A DNA stretch of 64,000 bases, taken from a virus. Position numbers and translations under genes: made by a program. The number at the start of each line of letters is the position of its first letter. Within the stretch, counting starts at the first letter, position 1. The notes under the pieces were generated by a model, which saw only the letters and a list, made by a program, of their open reading frames with translations, ran no database searches and was not told the DNA's origin. Location: the IMG/VR virus record IMGVR_UViG_3300027749_000044. One strand, 5' to 3'. Positions 10,044-20,478 of this stretch are shown here, piece after piece.

Positions 10044-11792
10044 ATGGAGTTTTTTGGGTTTGAAATAAAGCGAAAAGAAGAAAAAGATTATACGCAGGAT
10101 ATTACGACATTTGCTCCTGTCGATAAAGATGACGGAGCAGTAACAGTATCAGCCGGCGGCGCCTGGGGAACATATTTGGACCTAGAAGGCGCCGCCAAAA
10201 CCGAAGCCGAATTAGTTACAAAATATAGAGAGATGGCTTTACAACCAGAATGTGAAAGTGCCATCGATGAAGTTATAAATGAAGCTATCGCAAAAGAAGA
10301 CAATCAATCCATTGTATCTCTTAACACAGATGAATTAGATGGTATTGTCCCTGATAGTGTCAAAAAAACAATGCATGATGAATGGAATAAAGTCCAAGAA
10401 ATGTTGAATTTCAACAATTTTGGATATGAAATGTTCCGCCGTTGGTATGTCGATGGCCGTTTATATTATCATATGATGATTGATACGAATAATCCGCATG
10501 ATGGCATTCAAGAATTTAGATATATTGATCCCAGAAAAATACGTAAAGTTAGATCGACCCACAAAGAAAAACGGGGCACAGCCACTGTATTAATTACAGA
10601 TGAAGAATTCTTTATTTACAACGAAAAAGGATTTAAAAATACTAGTGGCGTAAGTACAGGCGATAACCAAGGTCTAAAAATTTCAACCGACTCTATTATT
10701 CATGTGACATCTGGACTGTTAGACAAAGAAGGAAAATTAGTACTTTCTTATTTGCACAAGGCAGTTAAACCTTTGAACCAAGTTCGTATGCTAGAAGACG
10801 CAACTGTAATTTACCGTATTTCTAGGGCCCCAGAAAGACGAGTGTTTTATATCGACGTAGGAAATCTTCCAAAAATGAAAGCGGAAGAATACGTCAAAGA
10901 TATGATGACACGACATAAAAATAGATTGGTATATGACGCGGCCTCAGGAGAAGTCCGAGACGACCGTAAATTCATGACCATGTTAGAAGATTATTGGCTT
11001 CCTCGCCGTGATGGCGGGAAAGGAACCGAAGTTTCTACTTTGCCTGCCGGCCAAAATTTAGGCCAAATGGAAGATGTATATTATTTTGAAAAGAAATTAT
11101 ATAAAGCACTAAATGTTCCTCCTGGAAGAATAAATGGCGGAGAAGATAGTGGCGGGTTTAATATGGGTAGGTCTTCGGAAATTTCAAGAGATGAATTGAA
11201 ATTCCAAAAATTTATCAATAGACTAAGAACAAAATTTTCTGATTTTCTATTACAAGCATTAATGAAGCAACTTGTGTTGAAAGGAATTTTCAACAGCGAA
11301 GAATGGGATAGCATTTCAAGTAAAATTTTCTTTGAATTTTCTAAAGATAATTATTTTGCTGAACTCAAAGATGCCGAAATTCTCACACAACGGCTCAATA
11401 CTTTGCAATTGATCGATCCATATGTCGGTCGTTATTATTCTATGCGTTGGGTTAGAAAGAATGTGTTGAAACAAACTGATGAAGATATAGAAGAAATTGA
11501 TTTCGATAATGAAGAGGCCGCGGCTGAAAATGCAGAAAAAGGATTAGATCCAGCGGGCAATCCTTTGATGGATCCAATGGGAGGCGATGGTGCCGGTGGT
11601 CCTCTAGGCGGCGGATCTGACACTGGTGGTGGAGATTCATCCCCTTCTCCAAGTTCTAAACCACCACAAAAAAAAAGTAAACCCAAAGTAAAGAAAGAAG
11701 AACCAAAATCAACGAAGGCTATTGGTTCTTATAAATATATTACAGTTCAAGGAAAAACAAAACCTTACTATAGAAAAATTTCAAAGAGATAA
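10044..11792 (+). CDS. gp20: portal protein gp20 with Gly/Pro- and Lys-rich C-terminal extension
   Basis: IYRISRAPERRVFYIDVGNLPK, MLEDYWLPRR.GGKGTE, EISRDELKF. Confidence 0.97.
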   Translation: MEFFGFEIKRKEEKDYTQDITTFAPVDKDDGAVTVSAGGAWGTYLDLEGAAKTEAELVTKYREMALQPECESAIDEVINEAIAKEDNQSIVSLNTDELDGIVPDSVKKTMHDEWNKVQEMLNFNNFGYEMFRRWYVDGRLYYHMMIDTNNPHDGIQEFRYIDPRKIRKVRSTHKEKRGTATVLITDEEFFIYNEKGFKNTSGVSTGDNQGLKISTDSIIHVTSGLLDKEGKLVLSYLHKAVKPLNQVRMLEDATVIYRISRAPERRVFYIDVGNLPKMKAEEYVKDMMTRHKNRLVYDAASGEVRDDRKFMTMLEDYWLPRRDGGKGTEVSTLPAGQNLGQMEDVYYFEKKLYKALNVPPGRINGGEDSGGFNMGRSSEISRDELKFQKFINRLRTKFSDFLLQALMKQLVLKGIFNSEEWDSISSKIFFEFSKDNYFAELKDAEILTQRLNTLQLIDPYVGRYYSMRWVRKNVLKQTDEDIEEIDFDNEEAAAENAEKGLDPAGNPLMDPMGGDGAGGPLGGGSDTGGGDSSPSPSSKPPQKKSKPKVKKEEPKSTKAIGSYKYITVQGKTKPYYRKISKR

Positions 11793-11816
11793 TAGTAAGA
11801 AAATAAGGATTTAAAT

Positions 11817-11999
11817 ATGACATATTCTGTAGATGATATTGTAGGATTCGCGGTAACTAAAGATCATATGGGTCTAAAATCTGCAATTGATGATGTTCTA
11901 TCACAAAAAGCGGCCGATGCTTTAGATTACGAAAAGCAATTGGTTGGTCAATCATTTGGCTCAAACGATACCGAGGAACAATATGACGAAGAATATTAA
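11817..11999 (+). CDS. small prohead core protein (gp67-like)
   Basis: Small acidic ORF directly after portal; synteny. Confidence 0.6.
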   Translation: MTYSVDDIVGFAVTKDHMGLKSAIDDVLSQKAADALDYEKQLVGQSFGSNDTEEQYDEEY

Positions 12000-13782
12000 T
12001 TTACACGAAATCGAAGATACAGAATACAAATATTATGAGCCTAAACCGAAGGACGAAAAAGAATTCGTCGCTTCTCATAAACCAACGCGCCGGGACGTTC
12101 CTAACGAAGATGGCAAAGATGTATTCCGTCATATCAAAGCAATAAAAAAAGATAAAACACGGCCGGCCGATCCTGAAGGCTTCGATAAAGTAAATCGCGG
12201 CGGAAATTTAGGCAAAGAAGTTCGTGCAATGGAACTTCCTGAATCTGATTGCAAATGTAAGCTTGATAGAATCAGAAATAAAGCCAAGAAAATTTATGAA
12301 GGAACAGATGACGCTGCTCCTCCTCAACCTGTGGCATCTGATAATCCTCAGACGGGAAATATGCAAGCCGAACCAGATCCAAAACCTTCATCTGCCGATC
12401 CAATGGGCCCAATTCGTATACAATTGAAAAATATTGCATTAGCCGCGGCTGATATTTACGATGGTGTTTCCGAAGATACTACCATGGAACCATGGATGAC
12501 ACAGACTATTTCGAAAGCCGAAGGTGAATTTAGTAAAATCATTGAACAATTCAGAAAAAAATCCGGCGCCGAAAATCAAGTTTCTGAGACATATGAACAA
12601 AAAAAGGATAATAATCCTCAACATGTTAAACCATCAGTAAATCCTGAAGTTGCGAAAACACCAATCAAACCAAAACGTCCTTTCGGATCAGATAAGATTT
12701 CTCCTACTAAACCTGTAGAATATACAATGGCAAAAGAAGCATTTGATCCTCCAAATCCTAAATTGGTTGGAGATCACAAAGGCAATCCAACGTATGTTTA
12801 TCCCATCAAGAAAGTTACTGCTAAGCCTAAAAGGATTACAGATTTTCCTTTAGTTTCACCTAATCTTTCTCCTACGAATGAAGACATGTCTATTTCAGGA
12901 AACGAAGGTTCTTCAACTCATGAAGAATTATCTAACTTGTCATCTTCGCCAAATGGCAGAGTAAAAATTCAAGGTAAAGCATTTCCTATTAAACCAGGAG
13001 CAAGATCCGATACAAGAAGAGAAACTAGATATTTGCCAAATGTTACACCAAAGTCAATCAAAATTTTGGCTTCACCTGTTTATGAACAAGAAGTAATATT
13101 TGAATCTTCTTCATATAAAAAATTGTCAAAATTGCATGATGCATTAATCAAAGCTGGTTATAAACATTTGCACACAAAACATTCGAATCCTGAAGAAACT
13201 GAATATTCCACAGGAAGATCAGAATATCATAAAATTTTCCCAGGCGGCACAGATCAAATTGTTGTACAGCATTCTCCTGGTGATGCCGGTTCCGACCCGG
13301 GTCTTCATAGGATCATCAGAACAAAAACCACCGGACAAAAGCCAGAAGATTTTTCTTTGTCGGAATCAATTCATATTAACGAGGTACTAACAATGTCAGA
13401 CGATCAAATGTCACGCTATGCTAATTATATTGCATTGCATGAATCAAGAAGAAAAGGTTTAACTGAATCCGCTAGACGTGATGCCATGAAAGCTATGGGT
13501 CCTGCCGCCAAAGAAGTTGAACATGAGCCAGAAGATGAAAATCTTGAGCATGACGAAGAAGGTAACGCGAAAGGCGGGTCCGGACGTTATGTAGATGATT
13601 TACGTAAAGTTCCAAACACTGGCGGCATGGTCAAACACGGCGACGGAAAAATGCATCATGTTTCTAGAGTGGAAGCAAAGCGACGAGTTGCTGATATTCT
13701 GTCAAAGACAGTTGCTCATGGCGCCAGAGAAGCATTGCAAAATCAACATTTCAACAATCCACCAGCGCCACCAAAGGATTAA
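11983..13782 (+). CDS. large modular prohead core/internal protein in the gp68 position
   Basis: Lies between gp67-like and gp21; many (L/I/V)xE sites; start re-called at MTKNINLHE. Confidence 0.7.
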   Translation: MTKNINLHEIEDTEYKYYEPKPKDEKEFVASHKPTRRDVPNEDGKDVFRHIKAIKKDKTRPADPEGFDKVNRGGNLGKEVRAMELPESDCKCKLDRIRNKAKKIYEGTDDAAPPQPVASDNPQTGNMQAEPDPKPSSADPMGPIRIQLKNIALAAADIYDGVSEDTTMEPWMTQTISKAEGEFSKIIEQFRKKSGAENQVSETYEQKKDNNPQHVKPSVNPEVAKTPIKPKRPFGSDKISPTKPVEYTMAKEAFDPPNPKLVGDHKGNPTYVYPIKKVTAKPKRITDFPLVSPNLSPTNEDMSISGNEGSSTHEELSNLSSSPNGRVKIQGKAFPIKPGARSDTRRETRYLPNVTPKSIKILASPVYEQEVIFESSSYKKLSKLHDALIKAGYKHLHTKHSNPEETEYSTGRSEYHKIFPGGTDQIVVQHSPGDAGSDPGLHRIIRTKTTGQKPEDFSLSESIHINEVLTMSDDQMSRYANYIALHESRRKGLTESARRDAMKAMGPAAKEVEHEPEDENLEHDEEGNAKGGSGRYVDDLRKVPNTGGMVKHGDGKMHHVSRVEAKRRVADILSKTVAHGAREALQNQHFNNPPAPPKD

Positions 13783-13786
13783 TAAG

Positions 13787-14455
13787 ATGAAACTTATCGT
13801 CGAAACCGTCGAAGAGATCCAAGTTATAACAGAAGCTCGCGAAGATGGCAAGAAGAATTATTTCATTGAAGGCGTATTTCTTGTATCCGAAAAAGGCAAT
13901 AGAAATGGACGTTATTACCCAGAAAGTGTAATGGACCAAGAAGTTGCAAGATATACAAAAGAAGCAATCCAAGCTAACCGTGCTTATGGTGAATTAGGAC
14001 ATCCTTCGGGTCCAGCAATTAATCTTGATCGTGTATCTCATATGATTAAAGAATTACGCAAAGACGGAACCAATTATATTGGTCGTGCTTTGGTTACTGA
14101 AACTCCTATGGGTAAAATTGTACAAAATCTTATCGATGCTGGCGCCAATTTGGGTGTTTCTTCCCGTGGGCTAGGAACACTACAAAAAGGCAGAGATGGT
14201 TTGATGGAAGTAAAAAGTGATTTTAGATTAGCAACCGCCGCAGACATTGTTGCTGATCCTTCTGCTCCTGGAGCATATGTACGTGGAATTATGGAAGATA
14301 CCGATTGGTGGTATGATTTGGCTTCTCAATCCTGGAAAGCATCCAGACAAATTGAAGAAGACGTAAAAACAATCAATAAAGTTTCAAGCAAAGTATTATC
14401 AGAGCAAAAGGTTGCTATGTTTACTCGATTTGTAAACTCTTTGGTTCAAAAGTAA
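13787..14455 (+). CDS. gp21: prohead protease gp21
   Basis: NRNGR.YP, GELGHP, INLDRVSH, GVSSRG.G, DIVADPSAP.A; start re-called at MKLIVE. Confidence 0.97.
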   Translation: MKLIVETVEEIQVITEAREDGKKNYFIEGVFLVSEKGNRNGRYYPESVMDQEVARYTKEAIQANRAYGELGHPSGPAINLDRVSHMIKELRKDGTNYIGRALVTETPMGKIVQNLIDAGANLGVSSRGLGTLQKGRDGLMEVKSDFRLATAADIVADPSAPGAYVRGIMEDTDWWYDLASQSWKASRQIEEDVKTINKVSSKVLSEQKVAMFTRFVNSLVQK

Positions 14456-14460
14456 AAAAA

Positions 14461-14468
14461 CATAAATA
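14461..14468 (+). promoter_or_regulatory. late promoter
   Basis: CATAAATA upstream of gp22. Confidence 0.65.
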
Positions 14469-14503
14469 ATAAGAAATTTTTATCCGACAGGAGTTTAAAG
14501 AAT

Positions 14504-15625
14504 ATGAGCAAGAAAGACATTCACGAATTTGCATCAGTTGACCAACAGTCGCATGTTCCTGACCCAATTACAACCGCCGGGCATAATCGACCAGCCGACA
14601 AATTTGATCGCGCCAATGGCGGAGAAACATACTCGGATACAACCAAGGCAGAATCTATGGCCAAGTTGATGGCCATGGCAGGACAACTCGGCAAAGAAGA
14701 GTTGAATGATATTTTCACTCAAGTAGCCGCGGCTCTTGGTGGATCATCTGCGCGTTCGGCCGACAAAGCCACTGGAGAAATTGGAATTCTTGCAATTTCA
14801 CCTTCGGCTGCTCCTACGAACGGTAACGTATATAAACCAGCCGGCGCTGTCCACAGCGTTCCAGGTGGTAAGGGTGAGATTGGTCAAGTACGTTTATCAC
14901 CTACTGCCGTAATGGCAGAAGATATGGACGAACTATTCGCTGGCGACGATCTCTCAGAAGAATTTAAAACAAAAGCTACTGTAATTTTCGAAGCTGCAAT
15001 CAATGCCCAATTGGCTGTTGAAATTGCTAGATTAGAAGAAGAAGCAGAAGCTATTTTGGAAGAAGAAGTAGAAAATATTCGTGAAGAATTAGTTACAAAT
15101 GTTGACAAGTATCTTAGCTATGCAGTAGAAGAATGGGTAAAAGAAAATAAACTTGCCATTCGTCATACTCTAAAGTCAGAAATTGCAGAAGATTTCATCC
15201 TAGGATTAAAATCTTTGTTTGAAAATAATTATATCGATCTTCCAGAAACCGAAGTTGATGTAGTTGCTGAATTGGAATCAGAAATTGATGCTCTAAAAGA
15301 AGAGTTGTCAAATAAAATTGAAGATATCATCGAACTTAACGAACAACTTTCTGCTTATGACGCTTCAGAAGTACTTTCTGAAATGACTCATGGCTTAACT
15401 TATAACCAAGCCGAAAAACTTAAAGTTTTGGCTGAAAACATTAGCTATGATTCTGCCGATGAATTTCGGTCAAAAGTAGGAATTCTACGTGAATCTTACT
15501 TTGGTAACAAAACCGCAAATCTAATCGTTGAGCCTTTAAATGAAGAGTTTGAACAAGAAACTCCAACAGCTACTGGCGTAATGGCAGACTACGTTGCTGC
15601 AATTTCTAGAACAGTCAAAAAGTAA
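14504..15625 (+). CDS. gp22: prohead scaffold gp22
   Basis: LSEEFK.KA..IFEAA, VDKYL.Y.VEEW..EN..AI, LRESYF. Confidence 0.93.
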   Translation: MSKKDIHEFASVDQQSHVPDPITTAGHNRPADKFDRANGGETYSDTTKAESMAKLMAMAGQLGKEELNDIFTQVAAALGGSSARSADKATGEIGILAISPSAAPTNGNVYKPAGAVHSVPGGKGEIGQVRLSPTAVMAEDMDELFAGDDLSEEFKTKATVIFEAAINAQLAVEIARLEEEAEAILEEEVENIREELVTNVDKYLSYAVEEWVKENKLAIRHTLKSEIAEDFILGLKSLFENNYIDLPETEVDVVAELESEIDALKEELSNKIEDIIELNEQLSAYDASEVLSEMTHGLTYNQAEKLKVLAENISYDSADEFRSKVGILRESYFGNKTANLIVEPLNEEFEQETPTATGVMADYVAAISRTVKK

Positions 15626-15630
15626 TAATT

Positions 15631-15638
15631 TATAAATA
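15631..15638 (+). promoter_or_regulatory. late promoter
   Basis: TATAAATA upstream of gp23. Confidence 0.85.
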
Positions 15639-15661
15639 AGATACCAACAAGGAGAACAAAA

Positions 15662-17011
15662 ATGTTTCTAAACGAAGAAATTCAAAATAAGTGGGATAAG
15701 GTCCTTAACCACTCAGAACTACCATCAATTGGTGACGTACATCGCCGATCGGTTACAGCACAATTGCTAGAAAACACCGAAAGAGCTATGCGCGAATCCG
15801 GTGGTTGGGCTCCACAGTCTCTAATGGAAGTCTCTGGATCTGCTCCTACCTCTCTAACAGGTGGTTCAGCTAACTATGACCCAGTATTGATTTCACTCGT
15901 TCGTAGAGCTATGCCTAACCTCATTGCTTATGATATCTGCGGCGTTCAGCCAATGACAGGACCAACTGGTCTTATCTTTGCCCTACAACCACAGTATAAC
16001 ATCCAGAGCGATCCAACTACCGGTTCTGGTAACAACGCATTCTACTACGAATCCAACACAGGATCTTCTACCTATGGTCTAACCGCCAACGGTGCTGGTG
16101 CTCCTCTTGGTCAAGCTGGTAACAACTTCTCTGTTAACTCTTCAATCGTTATTTCTTCAAACACCCAGCAGTATAACTTCTCTGGTGGTACTACTACCGC
16201 TCAGGCTGAAACTTTGGGTGCAACTGGTAACGTTGATTTCCGTCAAATGGCCTTCAGCATTTCGAAGGTCCAAGTAACTGCCCAGAGCCGTGCTCTTAAG
16301 GCAGAATACTCAATCGAACTCGCTCAAGACCTCAAGGCCATCCATGGTCTAGACGCAGAAACAGAATTGTCAACAATTCTTTCTTCTGAAATCTTGGCCG
16401 AAATCAATCGCGAAATCATTCGTACAATCCAAATTACTGCCGTTCAAGGTGCTGTTAACACAACAACCGCAGGCACATTCGACCTCGACATCGATTCAAA
16501 CGGCCGTTGGTCAGTTGAGAAGTTCAAGGGCCTTATGTTCCAAGTTGAGCGTGAAGCAAACGCTATCGCCAAGCTAACCAGACGCGGTAAGGGTAACATT
16601 GTTATCTGTTCTTCAGACGTTGCGTCTGCTCTACAGATGGCCGGTGTTCTTGATTACGCTCCTGCTCTAAACAGCAATAATCTAGAAGTTGACGATACAG
16701 GCAATACTTTCGCTGGCGTCCTTAACGGCCGTATCCGCGTTTATATTGACCCATATGCAAACGGTCATTATATGGTTGTTGGTTACAAGGGTTCATCTGC
16801 ATTCGATGCTGGTCTCTTCTATTGCCCATACGTTCCACTACAAATGGTCCGTGCAGTCGGTCAAGACACTTTCCAGCCAAAGATTGGATTCAAGACACGT
16901 TACGGCGTCGTCGCCAACCCATTCTCACCTGGTGCCCAGTTGTCAAACGGCCAGCTAGTTGCTGCAACCAATCAGTACTATCGTTCAGTATTGGTGAATA
17001 ATATTCTCTGA
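15662..17011 (+). CDS. gp23: major capsid protein gp23
   Basis: DPVLISLVRR.MPNLIAYDICGVQPM.GPTGLIFA, SRALKAEY, FQPKIGFKTRYG. Confidence 0.98.
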   Translation: MFLNEEIQNKWDKVLNHSELPSIGDVHRRSVTAQLLENTERAMRESGGWAPQSLMEVSGSAPTSLTGGSANYDPVLISLVRRAMPNLIAYDICGVQPMTGPTGLIFALQPQYNIQSDPTTGSGNNAFYYESNTGSSTYGLTANGAGAPLGQAGNNFSVNSSIVISSNTQQYNFSGGTTTAQAETLGATGNVDFRQMAFSISKVQVTAQSRALKAEYSIELAQDLKAIHGLDAETELSTILSSEILAEINREIIRTIQITAVQGAVNTTTAGTFDLDIDSNGRWSVEKFKGLMFQVEREANAIAKLTRRGKGNIVICSSDVASALQMAGVLDYAPALNSNNLEVDDTGNTFAGVLNGRIRVYIDPYANGHYMVVGYKGSSAFDAGLFYCPYVPLQMVRAVGQDTFQPKIGFKTRYGVVANPFSPGAQLSNGQLVAATNQYYRSVLVNNIL

Positions 17012-17038
17012 AATAGACACTTTATTATTAGATACACT

Positions 17039-17071
17039 AAATACTCCCGTAGCAATGCGGGAGTATTTTTT
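17039..17071 (+). terminator. gp23 terminator hairpin that also sequesters the endonuclease RBS; overlaps late promoter ACTAAATA (17036-17043)
   Basis: AAATACTCCCGTA-GCAA-TGCGGGAGTATTT followed by TTT then ATG. Confidence 0.85.
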
Positions 17072-17647
17072 ATGTCTAAAGAAAAAACATCAGGGTTTGT
17101 GTATATTTGGTTTGACCGTAAACACAAGCGTTATTATATTGGTTCTCATTGGGGTGACCAAAATGACGGTTATATTTGCTCATCGGATTGGATGAAAAAG
17201 GCCTATAAACGAAGGCCGGATGATTTCAAACGTCGTATATTAAAAATTGTAATAACCAATCGACAAGATTTGTTGAATGAAGAAAATAGATGGCTATCTA
17301 TGATAAAAAAAGAAGAACTTAAAATCAGATATTATAATCACCATAATACTGAATTTGGCCATTGGTCAACAGATGAAAAACGTCGTGCTGAAATAGGCCA
17401 AAAAATATCAAAAACCAATAAAGGAATGAAGATTGAATTTTCAGATCCTGTGGGGCGCGGACAGAAGATAGCTGAAGGTAAACGTAAAGCATTCGAAAAA
17501 CGTAAAAAAGAAACGGGTGAATGTTTTAGTGAAGAACATCGTGAAAAATTGGCAGCCAAGAAACGAGGCACAACTAGATCACCAGAAGCAAAAGCCAAAT
17601 TATCTGAAACATTGAAGAATAAATATGCTTCTGGTTGGAGAGCCTAA
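17072..17647 (+). mobile_element. free-standing GIY-YIG (Seg-like) homing endonuclease
   Basis: GFVYIW...YYIGSH.G...DGYICSS; C-terminal NUMOD3-like segments (SEEHREKL, SPEAKAKLSE). Confidence 0.85.
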
Positions 17648-17673
17648 ATACCTAAAAGTGACAGAGGTTATAC

Positions 17674-18198
17674 ATGTCAGCATTAACAGAAACACCAACA
17701 GATAAAAATTTTCTATCACCATTAGGTTTCAAATTTGAAATCCAAAGGTTAACGCATTTTAATTATTTTATTCAATCTGTCGATTTTCCAAGTATGAATA
17801 TTGGTGATTCTGGATATTCAACTCCATTTAGCAAATTATCTATTGCCGGAGACCATGCCAAATTCCAAGATTTAACTGTGACGTTTAAAGTTGGAGAAGA
17901 TATGTATTCGTATACTGAAATTTATGATTGGATGACAGGGTTAGGAAAACCTGAATCTTTCGATCAATATAAATCATTAGAAAGTGGGTTGCCTGGATCA
18001 GGTAAAGAACTATATTCGGATGCAACTTTGATTTTTCTCAATGGAACTATGAATCCAAATGTCATTTTTACATTTTATGATGTGTATCCAAAAGCCCTTT
18101 CTGGATTCAATTTGGATTCTAGAAACACAGACGTGAATTATGTTACAGCAACAGCAACCTTTAATTATAGAGAATTTGTTTATAGCAGGACGGTTTAA
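17674..18198 (+). CDS. gp3: tail completion/sheath stabilizer gp3
   Basis: NFLSPLGFKF, Y.EIYDWM, SDATL, ATATFNY; late promoter CCTAAATA at 17643. Confidence 0.9.
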   Translation: MSALTETPTDKNFLSPLGFKFEIQRLTHFNYFIQSVDFPSMNIGDSGYSTPFSKLSIAGDHAKFQDLTVTFKVGEDMYSYTEIYDWMTGLGKPESFDQYKSLESGLPGSGKELYSDATLIFLNGTMNPNVIFTFYDVYPKALSGFNLDSRNTDVNYVTATATFNYREFVYSRTV

Positions 18199-18632
18199 TG
18201 AATATTGATCAAATTTTTGCATTATGGAATGAAGATTCGGAAATAAATGTTTTGGATGTAGGGCAAGAAGCTCTGAATATACCAAAATTGCACAATAAAT
18301 ATATTCAAATATACACAAAAGAAAAACTTCTTCTTCTCAAGTTAGAAAAAGAATATTCAAAATTACACAAAAATTTATATGAATATTACTCGGGCACTTT
18401 AGATGATGTTACTCGAAAGGAACTTGAATTGGTTCCTAATCCCAGAATTGTATTAAAATCTGACATTCCCATGTATATGGAATCAGATGATAAAATCATT
18501 GACATATCCTTGAGGATTGGCGTACAAAAAGAAAAATTGCAACTTTTAGATTCAATATTACGAAACATAGGAAATCGAGGGTTTCAAATCAAATCATATA
18601 TTGATTATCAGAAATTTATAAACGGAGCCTAA
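18198..18632 (+). CDS. uvsY: recombination mediator UvsY
   Basis: W.EDS.I, IPKLHNKY, YYSG, RGFQIK..ID..KF..G. Confidence 0.9.
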   Translation: MNIDQIFALWNEDSEINVLDVGQEALNIPKLHNKYIQIYTKEKLLLLKLEKEYSKLHKNLYEYYSGTLDDVTRKELELVPNPRIVLKSDIPMYMESDDKIIDISLRIGVQKEKLQLLDSILRNIGNRGFQIKSYIDYQKFINGA

Positions 18633-20108
18633 ATGGCCGATATTGTAATTGAAAAAATTAATGAAGTATTTGTAAAAGTACGATGTGATTTAGGCATAGG
18701 ACACGAATTGCAAGAATGTTTTACATTTATGGTTCCAGGTGCCCAATTTAGTCCTAAGGTAAAAAATAAAGTTTGGGATGGAAAAATTCGACTGTACAAT
18801 CTAATGACTAAAAATATATACATTGGTTTGGTTCCAGATATTGTAGACTGGGCCAATAAAAATGGATATACAGTAGACATTAATTATGACGTAGGAGCAA
18901 AAAATTTATCCATAAAAGAAGCCAGCGAATTTATTCGATGGTTAAAAACGGGTATGATTCCTCATGAACACCAAATGAAAGCTTTTGTTCATTGTGTTCG
19001 AAATGGGCGTGCAGTAATTTTATCTCCTACCTCAAGTGGAAAAAGCTTTATCATTTATACACTTTCGCGGTATCTAAACAAAAAAACTCTTGTCATTGTT
19101 CCTAGAATTGGCTTAGTCAAACAGATGACGAAAGATATTGCTGATTACGGCTACAAAAAAGACGTACATATGATTATGGAAGGATCAGAAAAAGATACTG
19201 ATAGTTTAATAACCATTTCTACATGGCAATCCATTCAAAACATGAAAAAATCATGGTTTAAACAATTCGAAACTGTCATCATTGACGAAGTGCATATGGC
19301 CAAATCAAAGGCGTTTGTTAAAATTTTGGAAAATTGTGATTCTTGTGCCAATCGGTTTGGATTCACAGGAACTTTAGATGATATTGATGTACATGAATTG
19401 GTGATCAAAGGTTTGATTGGACCCATCAAACAATTCGTAACAACTTCCCAGTTGATGGAAAAAGGAATAGTATCAAAACTAAATATCAAAGCTTTGATAT
19501 TACAATATCCTGAATTATTGAGAAAAGAAAAAAAAGCATTCAAAGAAGCAAAAAAAGAAAATTCTCCAGTTTTAGGGTATAAAGATGAAATTGAATTCAT
19601 TGTTACTAACAAAGAACGCAACAAATTCATCCGAAACCTGGCGCTATCTCTCGACAAAAATACTCTTATCTTGTACCAGTTTGTGGACAAACAGGGAAAA
19701 GTATTGTATGATGATATTGTAAGTAAATCAAATGGAAGACCTGTATATTTTGTTGATGGATCAGTTAGTGCCGACATACGCGAAGAAATACGAACAAAAG
19801 TCGAAACCGACAAAAATTGTATTATTGTAGCTAGTTATGGGACATTCTCTACAGGAACTAGTATAAATAATCTACACAATATCATATTTGCATCTCCGAG
19901 CAAATCAAAGATAAGAGCCTTACAATCAATTGGCCGTGGACTAAGATTACATGGAGAAAACAAACAAGCAACTCTATACGATATCTCAGACGATTTGTCA
20001 TGTAGATCCAAAAAAAATCATACGTTGGATCATCTAGAAAAAAGATTGATGATATACAGTAAAGAAAATTTTGATTATAAACTCTATAGGATTAAATTAT
20101 ATGACTGA
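18633..20108 (+). CDS. uvsW: DNA helicase UvsW
   Basis: WDGKIRL, SPTSSGKS, DEVH, GFTGT, QSIGRGLR. Confidence 0.95.
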   Translation: MADIVIEKINEVFVKVRCDLGIGHELQECFTFMVPGAQFSPKVKNKVWDGKIRLYNLMTKNIYIGLVPDIVDWANKNGYTVDINYDVGAKNLSIKEASEFIRWLKTGMIPHEHQMKAFVHCVRNGRAVILSPTSSGKSFIIYTLSRYLNKKTLVIVPRIGLVKQMTKDIADYGYKKDVHMIMEGSEKDTDSLITISTWQSIQNMKKSWFKQFETVIIDEVHMAKSKAFVKILENCDSCANRFGFTGTLDDIDVHELVIKGLIGPIKQFVTTSQLMEKGIVSKLNIKALILQYPELLRKEKKAFKEAKKENSPVLGYKDEIEFIVTNKERNKFIRNLALSLDKNTLILYQFVDKQGKVLYDDIVSKSNGRPVYFVDGSVSADIREEIRTKVETDKNCIIVASYGTFSTGTSINNLHNIIFASPSKSKIRALQSIGRGLRLHGENKQATLYDISDDLSCRSKKNHTLDHLEKRLMIYSKENFDYKLYRIKLYD

Positions 20109-20460
20109 AGAAACTTATCTAATCATTAGAACCATTGGCGGAAATATTATTGGAACGAGAGTACTTAGCGAATACAATGATTCTGAAATTGTATTGAAAA
20201 ATGTTATGGATATTATCCAAGAAGAAGACGGCGGAGCTATCTTCTATTCAATGGTACCACATTTTATTCTCTACGAGAATGAGTCCGTTACTTTTAATTC
20301 AAGATATATTTTAGAACAAAGTAAGCCAACTGAAAATTTGATCAAAATCTATCAAAAGTCATTTGACAAATACATGTTAAATTTCAAGGAAAATAACCGT
20401 GAAACCACTAGAGATGAAATCTCAGAAGGATTAAAATTCGACAAAGGTCGGCTTAACTAG
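20101..20460 (+). CDS. conserved hypothetical protein between uvsW and gp55
   Basis: ORF in a conserved T4-like position; start re-called at MTEETY. Confidence 0.6.
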   Translation: MTEETYLIIRTIGGNIIGTRVLSEYNDSEIVLKNVMDIIQEEDGGAIFYSMVPHFILYENESVTFNSRYILEQSKPTENLIKIYQKSFDKYMLNFKENNRETTRDEISEGLKFDKGRLN

Positions 20461-20478
20461 GTCCAATTAATATCCAAT

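Noticed and set aside
13595-13786. N-terminal extensions on ORF-track calls for gp21 (also 11944, 48794, 62125, 40441, 56880)
   Set aside because: They overlap upstream genes or promoters; better starts with RBS or homologous N-termini lie downstream
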